From contig LSRY02000038.1 of assembly GCA_001643675.2 (NCBI GenBank), forward strand, positions 186,001 through 250,000: a stretch of DNA of 64,000 nt, read 5' to 3'. Both the position numbers and the translations under genes were made by a program. Below, piece by piece: positions 1 to 18,084 of this stretch (within the stretch, counting starts at the first letter, position 1; the number at the start of each line of letters is the position of its first letter). The DNA comes from Monocercomonoides exilis PA203 (Eukaryota; Protista; Preaxostyla). Below the pieces are notes generated by a model. It searched no databases, was not told the DNA's origin, and saw nothing but the letters and a program-made list of their open reading frames with translations.

Positions 1-2
1 TT

Positions 3-908
3 GAATGTTTGAATAATGATTGCGAAGAAGACGATCAGTTGTGTTCATGGGATTCAGGACTTTTATTTCTGAATGAATCGTCTTTAGCATATGTTAATGA
101 CAGCTCATTTATTGACATTGGCGATGGAGCAATACTTTCTCATTCATCTACGTTACATTTGAACAACTGCAGCTTCATTAACAACCATCCAATTGATGCA
201 GGCTGGGAGAAGTATCCATCTTTACAACACAACATTCGATTCAAAGGATTGGAATATGATTGGATTAGTGTGGAATCATTGACTGCCGGAAGTGATGGGC
301 TTGATGGAAAGCCATTTGGAATGCTATCTGATGTTGAAGCATACGGAACAGCTGCTAAGAACATGGATTCGTATTTCTTTTCGCCTATTCTTAAGAATGC
401 CACACTGAAAAAAGATGATGCCATCAATAAGAATGACCGTCAGGACAAAAATGAAAATGAGAAAGAAGTCGAAGCAGTTGTGCATGGGTCATATTTGTTT
501 CCGTGTGGACTTACGTTTGAAGCGTCCAAAAAAAGGAAAGGAGAAGAAATGAAATGGACAAATTGCCCAGTTTCTGAATACACAAATGAGACAGAAATGA
601 ATGTGAGGATTCCTTCATCTTTGTTTGAAGTTGATGATTACACATCAGTTGTTTGTCGCTTGACTTATTCGAATGGAATTATAAATGGAGAGAATAAGCA
701 TTCTACAAATATCATCTTGGTGAAACAGAAGAAAGACGATCAAAACGAAAACCATCCAATAAAACTTACAAAAGCACAGCTTGTTGCGATCATCGCCTGC
801 ACATGTGCTTTTGCGGTTGTTGTGGTGGCGGTGATAGTGACTGTTGTGTGTGTGGTCAGAAACAAAAAGCGAAGACAATACAGAGAGATAAAGGATATAA
901 AACAATGA
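3..908 (+). CDS. 3' part of a type-I membrane surface protein (beta-helix surface-protein family); 5' end lies outside the window
   Basis: Frame open from the window edge. Motifs FINNHP...YPSLQHNI and HGSYLFPCGLTFE are shared with the 19793 and 35370 proteins. TM segment LVAIIACTCAFAVVVVAVIVTVVCVV, then short basic tail RNKKRRQYREIKDIKQ; stop TGA. Confidence 0.8.
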   Translation, partial: ECLNNDCEEDDQLCSWDSGLLFLNESSLAYVNDSSFIDIGDGAILSHSSTLHLNNCSFINNHPIDAGWEKYPSLQHNIRFKGLEYDWISVESLTAGSDGLDGKPFGMLSDVEAYGTAAKNMDSYFFSPILKNATLKKDDAINKNDRQDKNENEKEVEAVVHGSYLFPCGLTFEASKKRKGEEMKWTNCPVSEYTNETEMNVRIPSSLFEVDDYTSVVCRLTYSNGIINGENKHSTNIILVKQKKDDQNENHPIKLTKAQLVAIIACTCAFAVVVVAVIVTVVCVVRNKKRRQYREIKDIKQ

Positions 909-2090
909 GTCAGAACGCGATAATTCTAAGAAAATCTTTTGTGATTATCTTTGATTTTATTTTGTTATTGTTTGATTTACTGCAAATGTTATGTTGACAT
1001 TCAAAAACGTGTATATGTACTTGTTAATTAATACGTTTATAAGATGTGAAATTCATTTTCCTTTCCTTTATTTTATTTTATTTTATTTTTATTTTTATTT
1101 TTGGAACCTTTTTGGAACCAAATTACAACAAGAACTTTCGTTTGTGCTCAATCATGTATTTTTTTCTTTGAATGCCAAATCATTATGAATATGTATAATG
1201 ATGAGTGTCGTCTTGATTCTTTTTTTAATAAAAATAAATTTTCATTCGTTGTGTAATATTTTCAATTTTGCTGTAAGATGTTTATTTTCTGATAATGTTG
1301 GATGGAAATGTTATTTATCTCAATTTTACTCTTTTGTGAATAAATTTCTTCATTTTCTTGACTTTATTATTATTCATTCATTTGAAATTTTAATTCATCA
1401 AAAAACATTTTTTCTTTCTTATCTTTTGTTTCTTCATATTGGGAAAACGGAAAGAAGTCAAATGTTAAATGATTTCATTATTATTCAAAATCAAAATTTC
1501 CTATTTGTTCTACAGGATGTTGTAAGTTTATCCCAATTTTTGAACCTGAAAATGATTAGATATGTGAAACCAATAACTTGAATGTCTTTTCAATCGTTGT
1601 CTTTTTCAATTTCAGGTTTCTCATGGAAAAAATTGAAGTAATGAAAAAAGAACGTTCCATGGTTACAAGAAAACTTGATGTTTTTGATCGTCATTTATCA
1701 ATTATCTTCTAATTCGAAACATCGCTTTTAAATGTGTGAATAAAAAATTTCCCAAAATTCTTCACTTAGGAACAAATGTTATTTTGAAAAAAGTCGTGGC
1801 TTTTCATTTTGTGAGTTTTAAAAAAAATCAGTCTCATAAATGTATATGGTAGAATTTTTTTTTTAGTACCATTTGTTTAACTTTCAAAAAAAATTTTTTT
1901 TCATATTTTAATCAAATTTCTATACCCACTCACCAAATATTGCTGTCATTGAAACAAATGCGTGTCATTATTATTTTTTCCGTTTGAGTGTGGTTTCGTG
2001 ATTTGGAACAGATATTTGATTGAATTATGAAATGTTTATTTTATTAGAAAATGTAACAAAAGGAACTTTTCGAATTAATTTTTGCAAATA

Positions 2091-2343
2091 GGTGATTATT
2101 ATCGAAATCATAACTTTTTTTGAGGTGTTTGTTTTATTAAGGCTTTATAACTTTTCTTAGGAATTATTCATTCATAAGAAAATAGTGAGTGAGTTGAAAA
2201 CAAAAAAAATGTTAGAGAGTTTATTCTTGAAATAATAATCTTTGAAAGAAGTGTGAGTTCTCTGTGTTCATTAATTGATATTCAAAGCAAAATTTCAAAC
2301 CGAAATTTTTGAACTGAATAATTTGTTTTCAAAAATAATCACC
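2091..2343. mobile_element. Candidate degenerate MITE-like element
   Basis: GGTGATTATTATCGAAA (2091-2107, preceded by TA) matches the reverse complement of 2327-2343 (GGTGATTATTTTTGAAA) at 15/17. The right flank is CA rather than TA. The end motif resembles the pogo TIR nearby. Confidence 0.3.
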
Positions 2344-2783
2344 CAAATTTTAGTTGAAATGAATCTTTATGACACAACTTTATAATATAAATTGTTTTCG
2401 CAAGTGAAAAATGCGTTTTTGTAAAGAATTTTCAAAAAAAAGAAAAATTGACACTTTTTTTAAATATTTATTCATTAATCTTTATTTTTTTCTGAGTAAA
2501 GCATCATCGTGTATTATCACAATCGGATATAGTCACTAAAAGTCATGCAAAAACCGATGTGATTATATTTGGTTTTGACTGTTTTCATATTTAATCCAGC
2601 TTTGCATTCAAGAAATGATGTCAAAGTGATTATTTTTGACTTTATAACTGTTTTCGCAATGTTTATTCTTCATAGGGTGGTTTTTTTATTCGGACTTTTT
2701 TTTTATCCGGACAAAAATTTTAATTATTAGTTTTATCAACCTACTTTTTATATTTTATTATTTGTTTTTAGTATATAAGGAAA

Positions 2784-2916
2784 AGTCGGCAGTTAGTAAT
2801 TAAGATTAAATTACTATACCTAATCTCTGATGGGGGGAGATGGGGGGGGGGTTAGCTCCTCCATCTCTGATTTGTGCCTCCCCTGAAGAGATTAGGTAAT
2901 AGCAACGGGGCTGACT
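2784..2916 (+). ncRNA. Predicted structured RNA element in the transposon 5' leader
   Basis: Nested stems read by hand: 2784-2790/2910-2916, 2795-2801/2809-2815, 2817-2828/2887-2898, 2832-2836/2879-2883, 2837-2848/2856-2867. Wobble positions are G-U on the + strand. TATATAA at 2772-2778. Confidence 0.5.
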
Positions 2917-3023
2917 AAGTTAGAATTTAATCGAAAAATTTTTTTTGATTTTTTTCATTTCATTTCAAAATAATTTTTTTTAAAAAAAAATAAAAATAAG
3001 ATCATAACCAATATTTTATTTGC

Positions 3024-4619
3024 ATGAGTGTTGTCAAACAAAGAAAAGAAAGTGGATAACGAAATTGAGAGATTTGATGAAATCTTTCCAGTATCGTTAA
3101 ATCAAAAATCGATTCGTTCGTATTGCGACAATAATTGCTGATGGAAAATGACGTGTTTCCGACGCTGCTAATCTGAATGAATTCTCTCGTTCATCGATAA
3201 ACCGAGCTGTAACTGCTGTTGAAAAGGGTCGAACCGTGGGAAAAGTTGGTCGGCCAGAGCTGTTCACAAAAGAAGACAAAGAAGTGATAACCGGAGTCAT
3301 CAGAATCGAAAGTGTGACAGGAGTGAGTTATTCTGTAACTCAAACAAAATAATTGGTTTGCATTATTATTTCTTACTAATAAATATTTATAATTGATTAT
3401 AATTATAGATGGAATCAGTGCAAACTGATAGAAAAATTCGAAGTGGAGAAGAAGAAGACCAAGAAGTTAAAATTTCAAAATCAACTCCGTATTCGTTTGA
3501 AAAACGAAATCCTGACCTAAAGACATCCATTCCTCATAATGTTGATATTCAACGATTATCGGTACCAAACAAACAGTCTCTTCAGCCTTTCTTCTCTCTT
3601 CTGCAATCACTTAATGATACTCACAAATACTCCACTTCACTCATCTTCAACACCGACGAATCCTCTTTGCGTCTTTCCGACTCCACAAAACAACTTGCTG
3701 TTCATCCTTCAGATGTTCCAGTCGGGTTTTCCAAGACACCAATCAACATGCCAAACTCCACTCTTGTGGTTGCAGTTGCTGCTGATGGTTATTCTTTGCC
3801 AAGCCTTGTTCTTTGGCCATCAAAAAAACGACCAACTGAAATGAAGGTCTTGCTCAGCCTTCAGTTTCATGCCTGGGCAGACAATGATGGATGGATGACT
3901 TATGCATTGTTAGCTCGATATGTTGAAGAGATACTTCTGCCCAAAATTGTCCAAAGAAGAAAATTGCTGGAAATGAACGAAGAAAGATGCTTGCTTCTCT
4001 TGGATTCTCATCCTTCAAAAGCACAGCCAGATATATGGTAGAAATTTGCAGATGAATCAATTGACGTGGTTTCATTTATTCCACACAACACTCATCTAAC
4101 ATAGCCACTTGACTGCGGAGTTTTTGCCGTGTTTAAAAAATGTTTTAATTCAAACTATGTTGTTCCATCTTCTTCTTCGATCGCACTCAGACGAAAAGCA
4201 GTTGCAAATGCCTTGCCACAGGCTTTGCAAACTGCATTGCTTCCTTCAACAATTCACTCTGCATTTGAAAAAAGCTGTTTGCTGTCTGGACAATCCAATT
4301 CTGAATTGGTGAAGTTTTGTGACACTCCTTCAGTTCAGCAGAAAATAAATCCCATCGGTTCAATTTCGATAGGAAAAATATTTCTGACCAAGCGTTTTTT
4401 GATGAATGGAAAGTAGACAAAAAGATGAAAGATGAAAAGAAAATTGATGATTCTGCTGAAGAAAAAATTGAAAAAGATTTGTTTTCTGAAGAGAAGCCGA
4501 AAAACAGAAAAATATCCAAATCCCAAATATTAAAAGATGATGATTTTGAAGATGATAATGAACATAGAAATACCAGAAAAATTATAAAAAGAGAATTGAT
4601 GGATTATATTGACTATTGA
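3024..4619 (+). pseudogene. pogo-type DDE_1 transposase pseudogene (DD35D) with one intron
   Basis: N-terminal HTH-like segment SDAANLNEFSRSSINRAV...GRP. Phase-0 intron 3356-3408 (GTTTG...TACTAAT...TAG). Catalytic motifs IFNTDES (D 3655), LLLLDSH (D 4003), HLT*PLDCGVF (D 4111); 35 residues between D2 and D3. In-frame stops at 3098, 3149, 3350, 4039, 4102; frameshifts in A-runs near 3045 and 4345. Confidence 0.85.
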
Positions 4620-5525
4620 TTGTTGCATTTTTTCGAAAATTTCAACATGCGATTTATAAAAAAATATATATTTTTTTATCAAAAAATAAAAAATTATGTC
4701 CGGATAAAAAAATCACCCTAAATTTTAATTTTTTGAAGAGGAATTATTCATTCAAATAAATATGGTTGTGATAATTATTTCAAAAAACAATATTTGAGAT
4801 TGAATTCACGAAAAATTGTCTTTTAATAAAGTTACTGATTACAAAAAATTAATTTATCAATATTCAAATCGAATTTTCAGATCGAAATATTAGGAAGAAA
4901 AAAAGTGATTTCAAAAAGATTCAAATGTATTTACGTAATTGTTTATGGAAAACCACTTATCTGTCATCTTCTGCAACTTTTGTCTTTCCTTTTTTCCATC
5001 TTCTTCTTTATCAGAAAGTCGTCATCATTTTTTTCTTCGATATAAACTTTCTTCTTTTTCTTTGGATTTTTTTCTCTTTCTTTTAATCATGCTTTTTCTC
5101 TTTATCTTTTTTTTTCTCTTTTTCTTGCTCTCTTTCTTTCTTTCTTCTTTTCTTCATGAGTTCAATTCTTTCTTTCTCTCTCTCTTTTTTTTGTGTGAAA
5201 ACGATTATTTCAATTTCCAATCAAAAATTTTTGCTCAATAACTTATCATAAACAAATTTATGTAAAAAAGATAAATTCTGACTGATTGTTCATTTTTTCA
5301 TTTCATTTTGGCTTTGAATGTTTCTCTTTGAAATTTTGGTAATGAGAGAAAAAAATTCATTTTTTAAACGCATGACCCATTAATATAATATAAAAATCAA
5401 AAAATATTTATAACTTGCATAATAACAAGAAATTCAAGCTCTTATAAAGAATTTTGAATACGCATTATTATCACACATTCATATTAAATACATTTATGTG
5501 TATTTTCTTCAAACACTTTGAATAA

Positions 5526-8500
5526 ATGCCACAACGCATAATTTGGAAACTTCTACAAAAATGTGACATTGATAGAATTGAAATCGAAAATGATTTGCAA
5601 TCAATAGAGCCAATTATTAACATGCTCTTGCCTGCTTCATTTGAAGCAGAAGAATTGGAAGCTCAACCAGGAATTTATCTTTCTATCATCTTTCGCTGTT
5701 TTCGTATGAGTATTCTGAATTACAAACAAATTAAACTTAATTATACAAAAAAGATAAAAGAATTAGAGCAGGAAAATGCAGAATTATCGCGTCGTTTGAG
5801 ATCAATTGATGATCAACTTTCATTTCTTCATCGCTCTAGAGATACACCAAGGACAGCAACAATACCTCCTGCAATATCTTCTGGGTATTTAGATGATGAA
5901 ATGACTCAAAACTACAAAAGAGAGATAAAACGTCTTGAATTAGAAAATGAACATTTACATCAAGAATTGATGAAATCAAATAAAGATGAAGTTTCTGTTT
6001 CTTCAAATCGAAGACTTCCAGCTCCTCAAGCAAATTCTTCCCGAAGCGAAAAATATCTCGATAATTCGCCTCTAGCACCACTTTCAACACCGCCGAGAAG
6101 TTCTTTTAGATCAAGCGATCGAAAAATTAATCATTCACATTCATCAACAAAAAGACCTCGTTCTTCACATACGGAGCGTAAAGCCACGACTACGCATTCA
6201 ACTCCACCTTCCCTCATCGTTTCTCCTTCGCGCACATACAACTCCACTCCCTTTTCTCCTTCTTCTCTTTCTCACAAAAACATTCATCCCGCATATCCAG
6301 TGAAATGTGCTGACACGCTCTACCGCCACATCCTCCTGCAGCGTCCGTATGAAGCAGCACTTCTGCCTTTCTCTTCGCGGGCTGTGCACAAAGAGCGGGT
6401 GAATGTGGCAGTGGCTGTTTATGACGAGGCAGCTGCAGCTGGATGCGCAGTGAAGGTGAGTGCAGAAGGGAGAGGGATGGTTGGGGAAGAAGGAGAAGGA
6501 GAAAGAGGAGAAGAAGGAGGAAAAGAAGGAAAAGAAGAAGAGGAGATGAACGGAGTTGGGGGAGCAGAACTGGGGATTTTGGGGTCAGAAGCAGCAGAAG
6601 TGAGCGAGAGGCTGAAGGAGATGAGGAGAGAGAGGAGGAAGAGGAGGGTGAGAGGGAGGAAAGGAGAGGGAAATCGAAGCACAGTTACTATTAGAGGTGA
6701 GAATGAAGAAGAGGAAGAAGAAAATGAGGAAGAAGAAGGAGAAAGTGACGAAGAAGTCAGAAGGAAAGAGCGAGAAGAAGAGAAGAAAGAGAGAGTGACA
6801 AGAAAGAAAGTGGAGAAAGAGGTTGAGATGTTGTATCAGATTGCGAAGGAAGAAGAATTGGAAGAGATGCTAAAGAAGGAATATTCAAGGATATCAACTG
6901 AATATGCGATGTGGAAGAGAGAAGAGGAAGAGAAAAAGAAGAAAAGAAAGCAGAAGCAGAAGCAAGTGCTGTGGAAGAAGGCAATGGAAATAGAAAAGAA
7001 CGGAAAGAAAGATAAGAGCAAACAGAGAGAAGCAGAAGAAGAAGAGGAGAAGGAAAATGAAGAAGAGGAAGAGGAAGATGATTTTGATGAAGATGAAGAT
7101 GAAGATGACTCATACGAGGAAATGCTGAAAGGGCATTCGTTTTTGATAGACAGCGAGAATAACAGCCAAGCTAATATTCAAAGCAGTGGGCAAAGGAGAA
7201 CAATAAGTCCATTGAAACTGAAGAAAAAGACGAAAAATGAAAAAGAACCAGAAAGAAGAACAGAAAGAAGAACAGAAAGAAACAATAAAATTTCAAAGGG
7301 AATGAAAGAGAAAAACGATGAAATGGAAGTAAAAAGGAAGAAGAAGAAGGAAGAAGAAGAAGAAGAAGAAGGAGAAATGAATGAATCAAAAAGGAAGCAA
7401 AGAAAGAAGAAAGAAGAGAAAGACAAGATGGAAGTAAAGCCACAGAAGAAGGCGAGAGTTCATTTTAATAAGGAGGAAGAGGAAGAGGAAGAAGAAGAAG
7501 AAGAAGATGATATTAATGAAGATAAAGAAAAGAAGATCAAAGAGAGAAGAGAAGAAAGAGAAAGAGAAAGAGAAAAGGAGAAAGAAAGGATGAAAGAAAG
7601 AGAAAGAGAAAGAGAACAACAAAAGAAGGCAGAAAAAGACAAAAGACAAAGGAAAGATGAAGCAAATGAAAGAGAAACGAAAGCAAATTCAAAGCAAAAA
7701 GAACCAAAAAGAACGGAAAAAGCGAAGAAAGAGAAGAAAGAGAAAGAGAAAGAAAAGAAGGAAGATGTGGAAGTGTTTAGTGATTTGTTTATTGATACGC
7801 CAAGAAGCGAAGTGAAAAAGGTTGATGTGAAGAATAAAGAAGAAGAAGAAGAAGAAAGGGAGGAGGAGAAGAAGAAGATGAGGAAGAAGAAAGAGAAGAA
7901 GAAAGAGAAGAAGGAAGAAGAAGAAAAGGAAGAGGAAGATCAATCAGAAATTGAAGAAAAGAGAACAAATGTGAAAGCAATTGCAAAAGAAAGAAGAAAA
8001 GAAAAATTAGCAGAAAATGTTAAAACAAAGAAAAAGAAGGGAAAAGAAGAAGAAGAAGAAGAAAGAGAAGAAGAAAGAGAAGAAGAAGAAGAAAAGTTTT
8101 GGTCTTTTGGTTCTTCGAGAAAGGAAGATGAGGAAGAAGATGAAAATGTGTTTGAAAGGAAAGGAAAAACTAAACAAGCAGAAGAAGAGAAAGAAGAAGA
8201 GAAAGAGAAAGAGAAGGAGAAAGAAAGAAAGGATGAGAAGAAGAAGAAAGAAGAGGAAGAAGAGGAAGAAGAGGAGGAGAAAGAGAAAGAGAAAGAGAAA
8301 GAAGAAGAGAAAGAAGATAATGAATGTGTGGAAGATATCGGAATTTTGGGGAATGTGAAGGAAGAAGATTATTCTGAAGGAGAAAATGAAAGAGAAAGAG
8401 AAAGAGAAAGAGAAAGAGAAAAAAGGAAGAAGAAAGAAGAAACGATGAAGAAATCGAAAGAAGATAAAGATAAAGATAAAGATAAAGAAGAAGAAGAAGA

Positions 8501-10388
8501 AGAAGAAGAAGAAGATAAAGAAGAAGTAGAGGGAAAAGAAGAAGAGAAGAGAAGAGAAGAGAATAAATATGACAATTGGGAAAAAGATTTTGATGAAGAA
8601 GATGAATTTGGATATTCACCAAATAGAATGCAAATGAAAGAGAAAGAGAAAGAGAAAGAGAAGAAGAAAGAGGAAGAGAAAGAAGAGAAAAAGAAGAAAG
8701 AAGAAGAAGAAGAAGATGATGATGAAAATGTTATGATGGAAAGAATCAGTAATGTTAGTTCATTGACAAATGAAAGTGACAAAGAAGATGAAGAAGATGA
8801 AAGAGAAAGAGAAAGAAAACAGAAAAGAGATGATGATGAGGAGGAGGAAGAGGAGGAGGAAGATGGAATAGAAAAAGAAGAAAAAGAAGAAAGAAAAGTT
8901 GAAGAAACGAAAAAAGCTAAAACATCACCATCACCATCATCTTCTTCTTCTTCCTCTTCTTCAACAGATATCTCCTCTTTTCATTCTTCTCTTTTTCCTT
9001 CTTCTTCTTCTTCTTCTTCTTCTTCTCCTTCTTCTCCTTCTCTTTCTCCTTCTTCTTCTCCTTCTCCTTCTCCTTCTCCTTCTCCTTCTCCTTCCCCTTC
9101 CCCTTCCCCTTCTCCTTCCCCTTCCCCTTCCCCTTCTCCTTCTCCTTCTCCTTCTCCTTCTCCTTCTCCTTCTTCTCCCATTCCAATTCCAGCTGCTTTT
9201 GTTGGCGTCTCCACAACAGCCGACTTCAGCAACAAAAAGACAGCAATTCCACTCTCAAAAAAGGGGAATGCAAAAAATGTGAAGTCAAAAAAGGAAAATA
9301 AAAAGGAAAATGAAAAAGAAAAACAAAAAGAAAAACAAAAAGAAAAACCAAATGAAAAAGGAAAAGGAAATAAAGGAAATACATCTAATCCAAATAATTC
9401 ATCAAATACATCAAATACATCATCTTCGTCTCAATCATCCCAATCTCCAAACACACAGACAGATCCGCCAGAAGCAGCCACGCCTTCATTGGCACACACA
9501 CAACAGAGCATTCATTCAACTCATTCAATTCATTCGTCTCATTCATCTCATCATTCAGAACATCATTCAGAACATAGTGCTAACCAGGTTGCTTCTTCTT
9601 CTTCTTCCTCCTCTTCCTCTTCCTCTTCTCTTTCTTCTCCTCCTTCTTCTTCTCCGTTTTTTGGTGCAATTTCAAATTTTTCAGTGACAGACGAGAAAAC
9701 TCTGAAGAAAACAAACAAAAACAAAAAAGCTAACACAAAAACAGGAAAAGAAAAGAAAGAAACAACAATGCCATCTTCTGCATCATCATCATCATCATCT
9801 TCTCCTTCTCCTTCCTCTTCTTCTTCTTCTTCCTCCTCTTCATCATCAACAGAAGAAGAAGAAGAAGATGATGATGATGAACAATTAGAAAGTGTTCATT
9901 CACAAGGTGCAAATGAAAGAGAAAAGAAAGGGTCAAACAGAAGAAATACTCACAATAGCTTTGATGATGATGAAGACAATGAAGAAGAAGAAGACAATGA
10001 TGAAGATAATGGCAAAAACAATGAAAGGAATAAGAAAAGCAATAAAAAAGAAAGCAATTTAAATAATAATAATAATAATAATAATAATAAAGATACAAAC
10101 AAAACAAAGGAACCAATGCAATCTAAGCAGAATACGAAAGGAAGAGCAGGAAATAACACTGATGATGATGATGACGACGATGATGATGATTTCCCTTCTA
10201 TTGAAACACAATCTTTGTCAGATGATGGTTCATTTAATGTTCATATTGAGGAACAATTGAATGAAGAGGGGGAGAGAGAAGAAGAGGAGGAGAAAGAGAA
10301 GAAGAAGAAGAAGAAGGATAATAATGAAACTTTACAGAGAAATGGATCAAGACATTCACAAGAACTGACTCAAGTGGATTTTGAATGA
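5526..10388 (+). CDS. Large low-complexity (E/K/S-rich) protein with a DZIP1/Iguana-like N-terminal domain and coiled coil
   Basis: 1620-codon ORF. N-terminus IIWKLLQKCDIDRIEIENDLQSIEPIINMLL...IIFRCFRMSILNY resembles the Dzip-like_N pattern from memory, followed by heptad-rich segments. The remainder is poly-E/K, (SP)n and poly-S. Confidence 0.7.
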   Translation: MPQRIIWKLLQKCDIDRIEIENDLQSIEPIINMLLPASFEAEELEAQPGIYLSIIFRCFRMSILNYKQIKLNYTKKIKELEQENAELSRRLRSIDDQLSFLHRSRDTPRTATIPPAISSGYLDDEMTQNYKREIKRLELENEHLHQELMKSNKDEVSVSSNRRLPAPQANSSRSEKYLDNSPLAPLSTPPRSSFRSSDRKINHSHSSTKRPRSSHTERKATTTHSTPPSLIVSPSRTYNSTPFSPSSLSHKNIHPAYPVKCADTLYRHILLQRPYEAALLPFSSRAVHKERVNVAVAVYDEAAAAGCAVKVSAEGRGMVGEEGEGERGEEGGKEGKEEEEMNGVGGAELGILGSEAAEVSERLKEMRRERRKRRVRGRKGEGNRSTVTIRGENEEEEEENEEEEGESDEEVRRKEREEEKKERVTRKKVEKEVEMLYQIAKEEELEEMLKKEYSRISTEYAMWKREEEEKKKKRKQKQKQVLWKKAMEIEKNGKKDKSKQREAEEEEEKENEEEEEEDDFDEDEDEDDSYEEMLKGHSFLIDSENNSQANIQSSGQRRTISPLKLKKKTKNEKEPERRTERRTERNNKISKGMKEKNDEMEVKRKKKKEEEEEEEGEMNESKRKQRKKKEEKDKMEVKPQKKARVHFNKEEEEEEEEEEEDDINEDKEKKIKERREEREREREKEKERMKEREREREQQKKAEKDKRQRKDEANERETKANSKQKEPKRTEKAKKEKKEKEKEKKEDVEVFSDLFIDTPRSEVKKVDVKNKEEEEEEREEEKKKMRKKKEKKKEKKEEEEKEEEDQSEIEEKRTNVKAIAKERRKEKLAENVKTKKKKGKEEEEEEREEEREEEEEKFWSFGSSRKEDEEEDENVFERKGKTKQAEEEKEEEKEKEKEKERKDEKKKKEEEEEEEEEEKEKEKEKEEEKEDNECVEDIGILGNVKEEDYSEGENEREREREREREKRKKKEETMKKSKEDKDKDKDKEEEEEEEEEDKEEVEGKEEEKRREENKYDNWEKDFDEEDEFGYSPNRMQMKEKEKEKEKKKEEEKEEKKKKEEEEEDDDENVMMERISNVSSLTNESDKEDEEDERERERKQKRDDDEEEEEEEEDGIEKEEKEERKVEETKKAKTSPSPSSSSSSSSSTDISSFHSSLFPSSSSSSSSSPSSPSLSPSSSPSPSPSPSPSPSPSPSPSPSPSPSPSPSPSPSPSPSPSSPIPIPAAFVGVSTTADFSNKKTAIPLSKKGNAKNVKSKKENKKENEKEKQKEKQKEKPNEKGKGNKGNTSNPNNSSNTSNTSSSSQSSQSPNTQTDPPEAATPSLAHTQQSIHSTHSIHSSHSSHHSEHHSEHSANQVASSSSSSSSSSSSLSSPPSSSPFFGAISNFSVTDEKTLKKTNKNKKANTKTGKEKKETTMPSSASSSSSSSPSPSSSSSSSSSSSSTEEEEEDDDDEQLESVHSQGANEREKKGSNRRNTHNSFDDDEDNEEEEDNDEDNGKNNERNKKSNKKESNLNNNNNNNNNKDTNKTKEPMQSKQNTKGRAGNNTDDDDDDDDDDFPSIETQSLSDDGSFNVHIEEQLNEEGEREEEEEKEKKKKKKDNNETLQRNGSRHSQELTQVDFE

Positions 10389-10630
10389 ATTTGAATGAGG
10401 TTGGCAATTATATTGAGCTTGTTTCTAAAGATTTACCAAAGAAATTGAATAATTTCGAGATGATTCGCTTTGCTCTTTAAATATAAAGAGCATTTTGCAG
10501 AAATGATATCTTGGATTGAAATTTATTATTTAAGATAGTCATATTGTTTTTCGCTGAAAAAAGAAAATTTTTTAATTTTTTATTTTCCAAAAACACCATT
10601 ATTTATTTTTTCAAAGCTTTAATTCACTTC

Positions 10631-18084
<7,454 letters not shown>

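Larger units (their letters stand above)
2675..4718 (+). mobile_element. Tc1/mariner-superfamily pogo/Fot-like DNA transposon, degenerate
   Basis: 21-bp TIRs: GGGTGGTTTTTTTATTCGGAC (2675-2695) and the reverse complement of 4698-4718 (GGGTGATTTTTTTATCCGGAC), 19/21 identical. TA on both sides (2673-2674, 4719-4720). Partial tandem copy of the inner TIR at 2696-2712. Internal DDE-type transposase. Confidence 0.9.

Noticed and set aside
2817-2898. SECIS element explaining in-frame TGA codons
   Set aside because: It lies 5' of the ORF, lacks the internal loop and apical AA of a SECIS, and is ~45 kb from, and on the opposite strand to, the TGA at 48223.
2883-2960. Complete hammerhead ribozyme
   Set aside because: CUGAAGA, stem II and GAAA are present, but no UH cleavage site joined to compatible stems I and III could be built in type I or type III topology.
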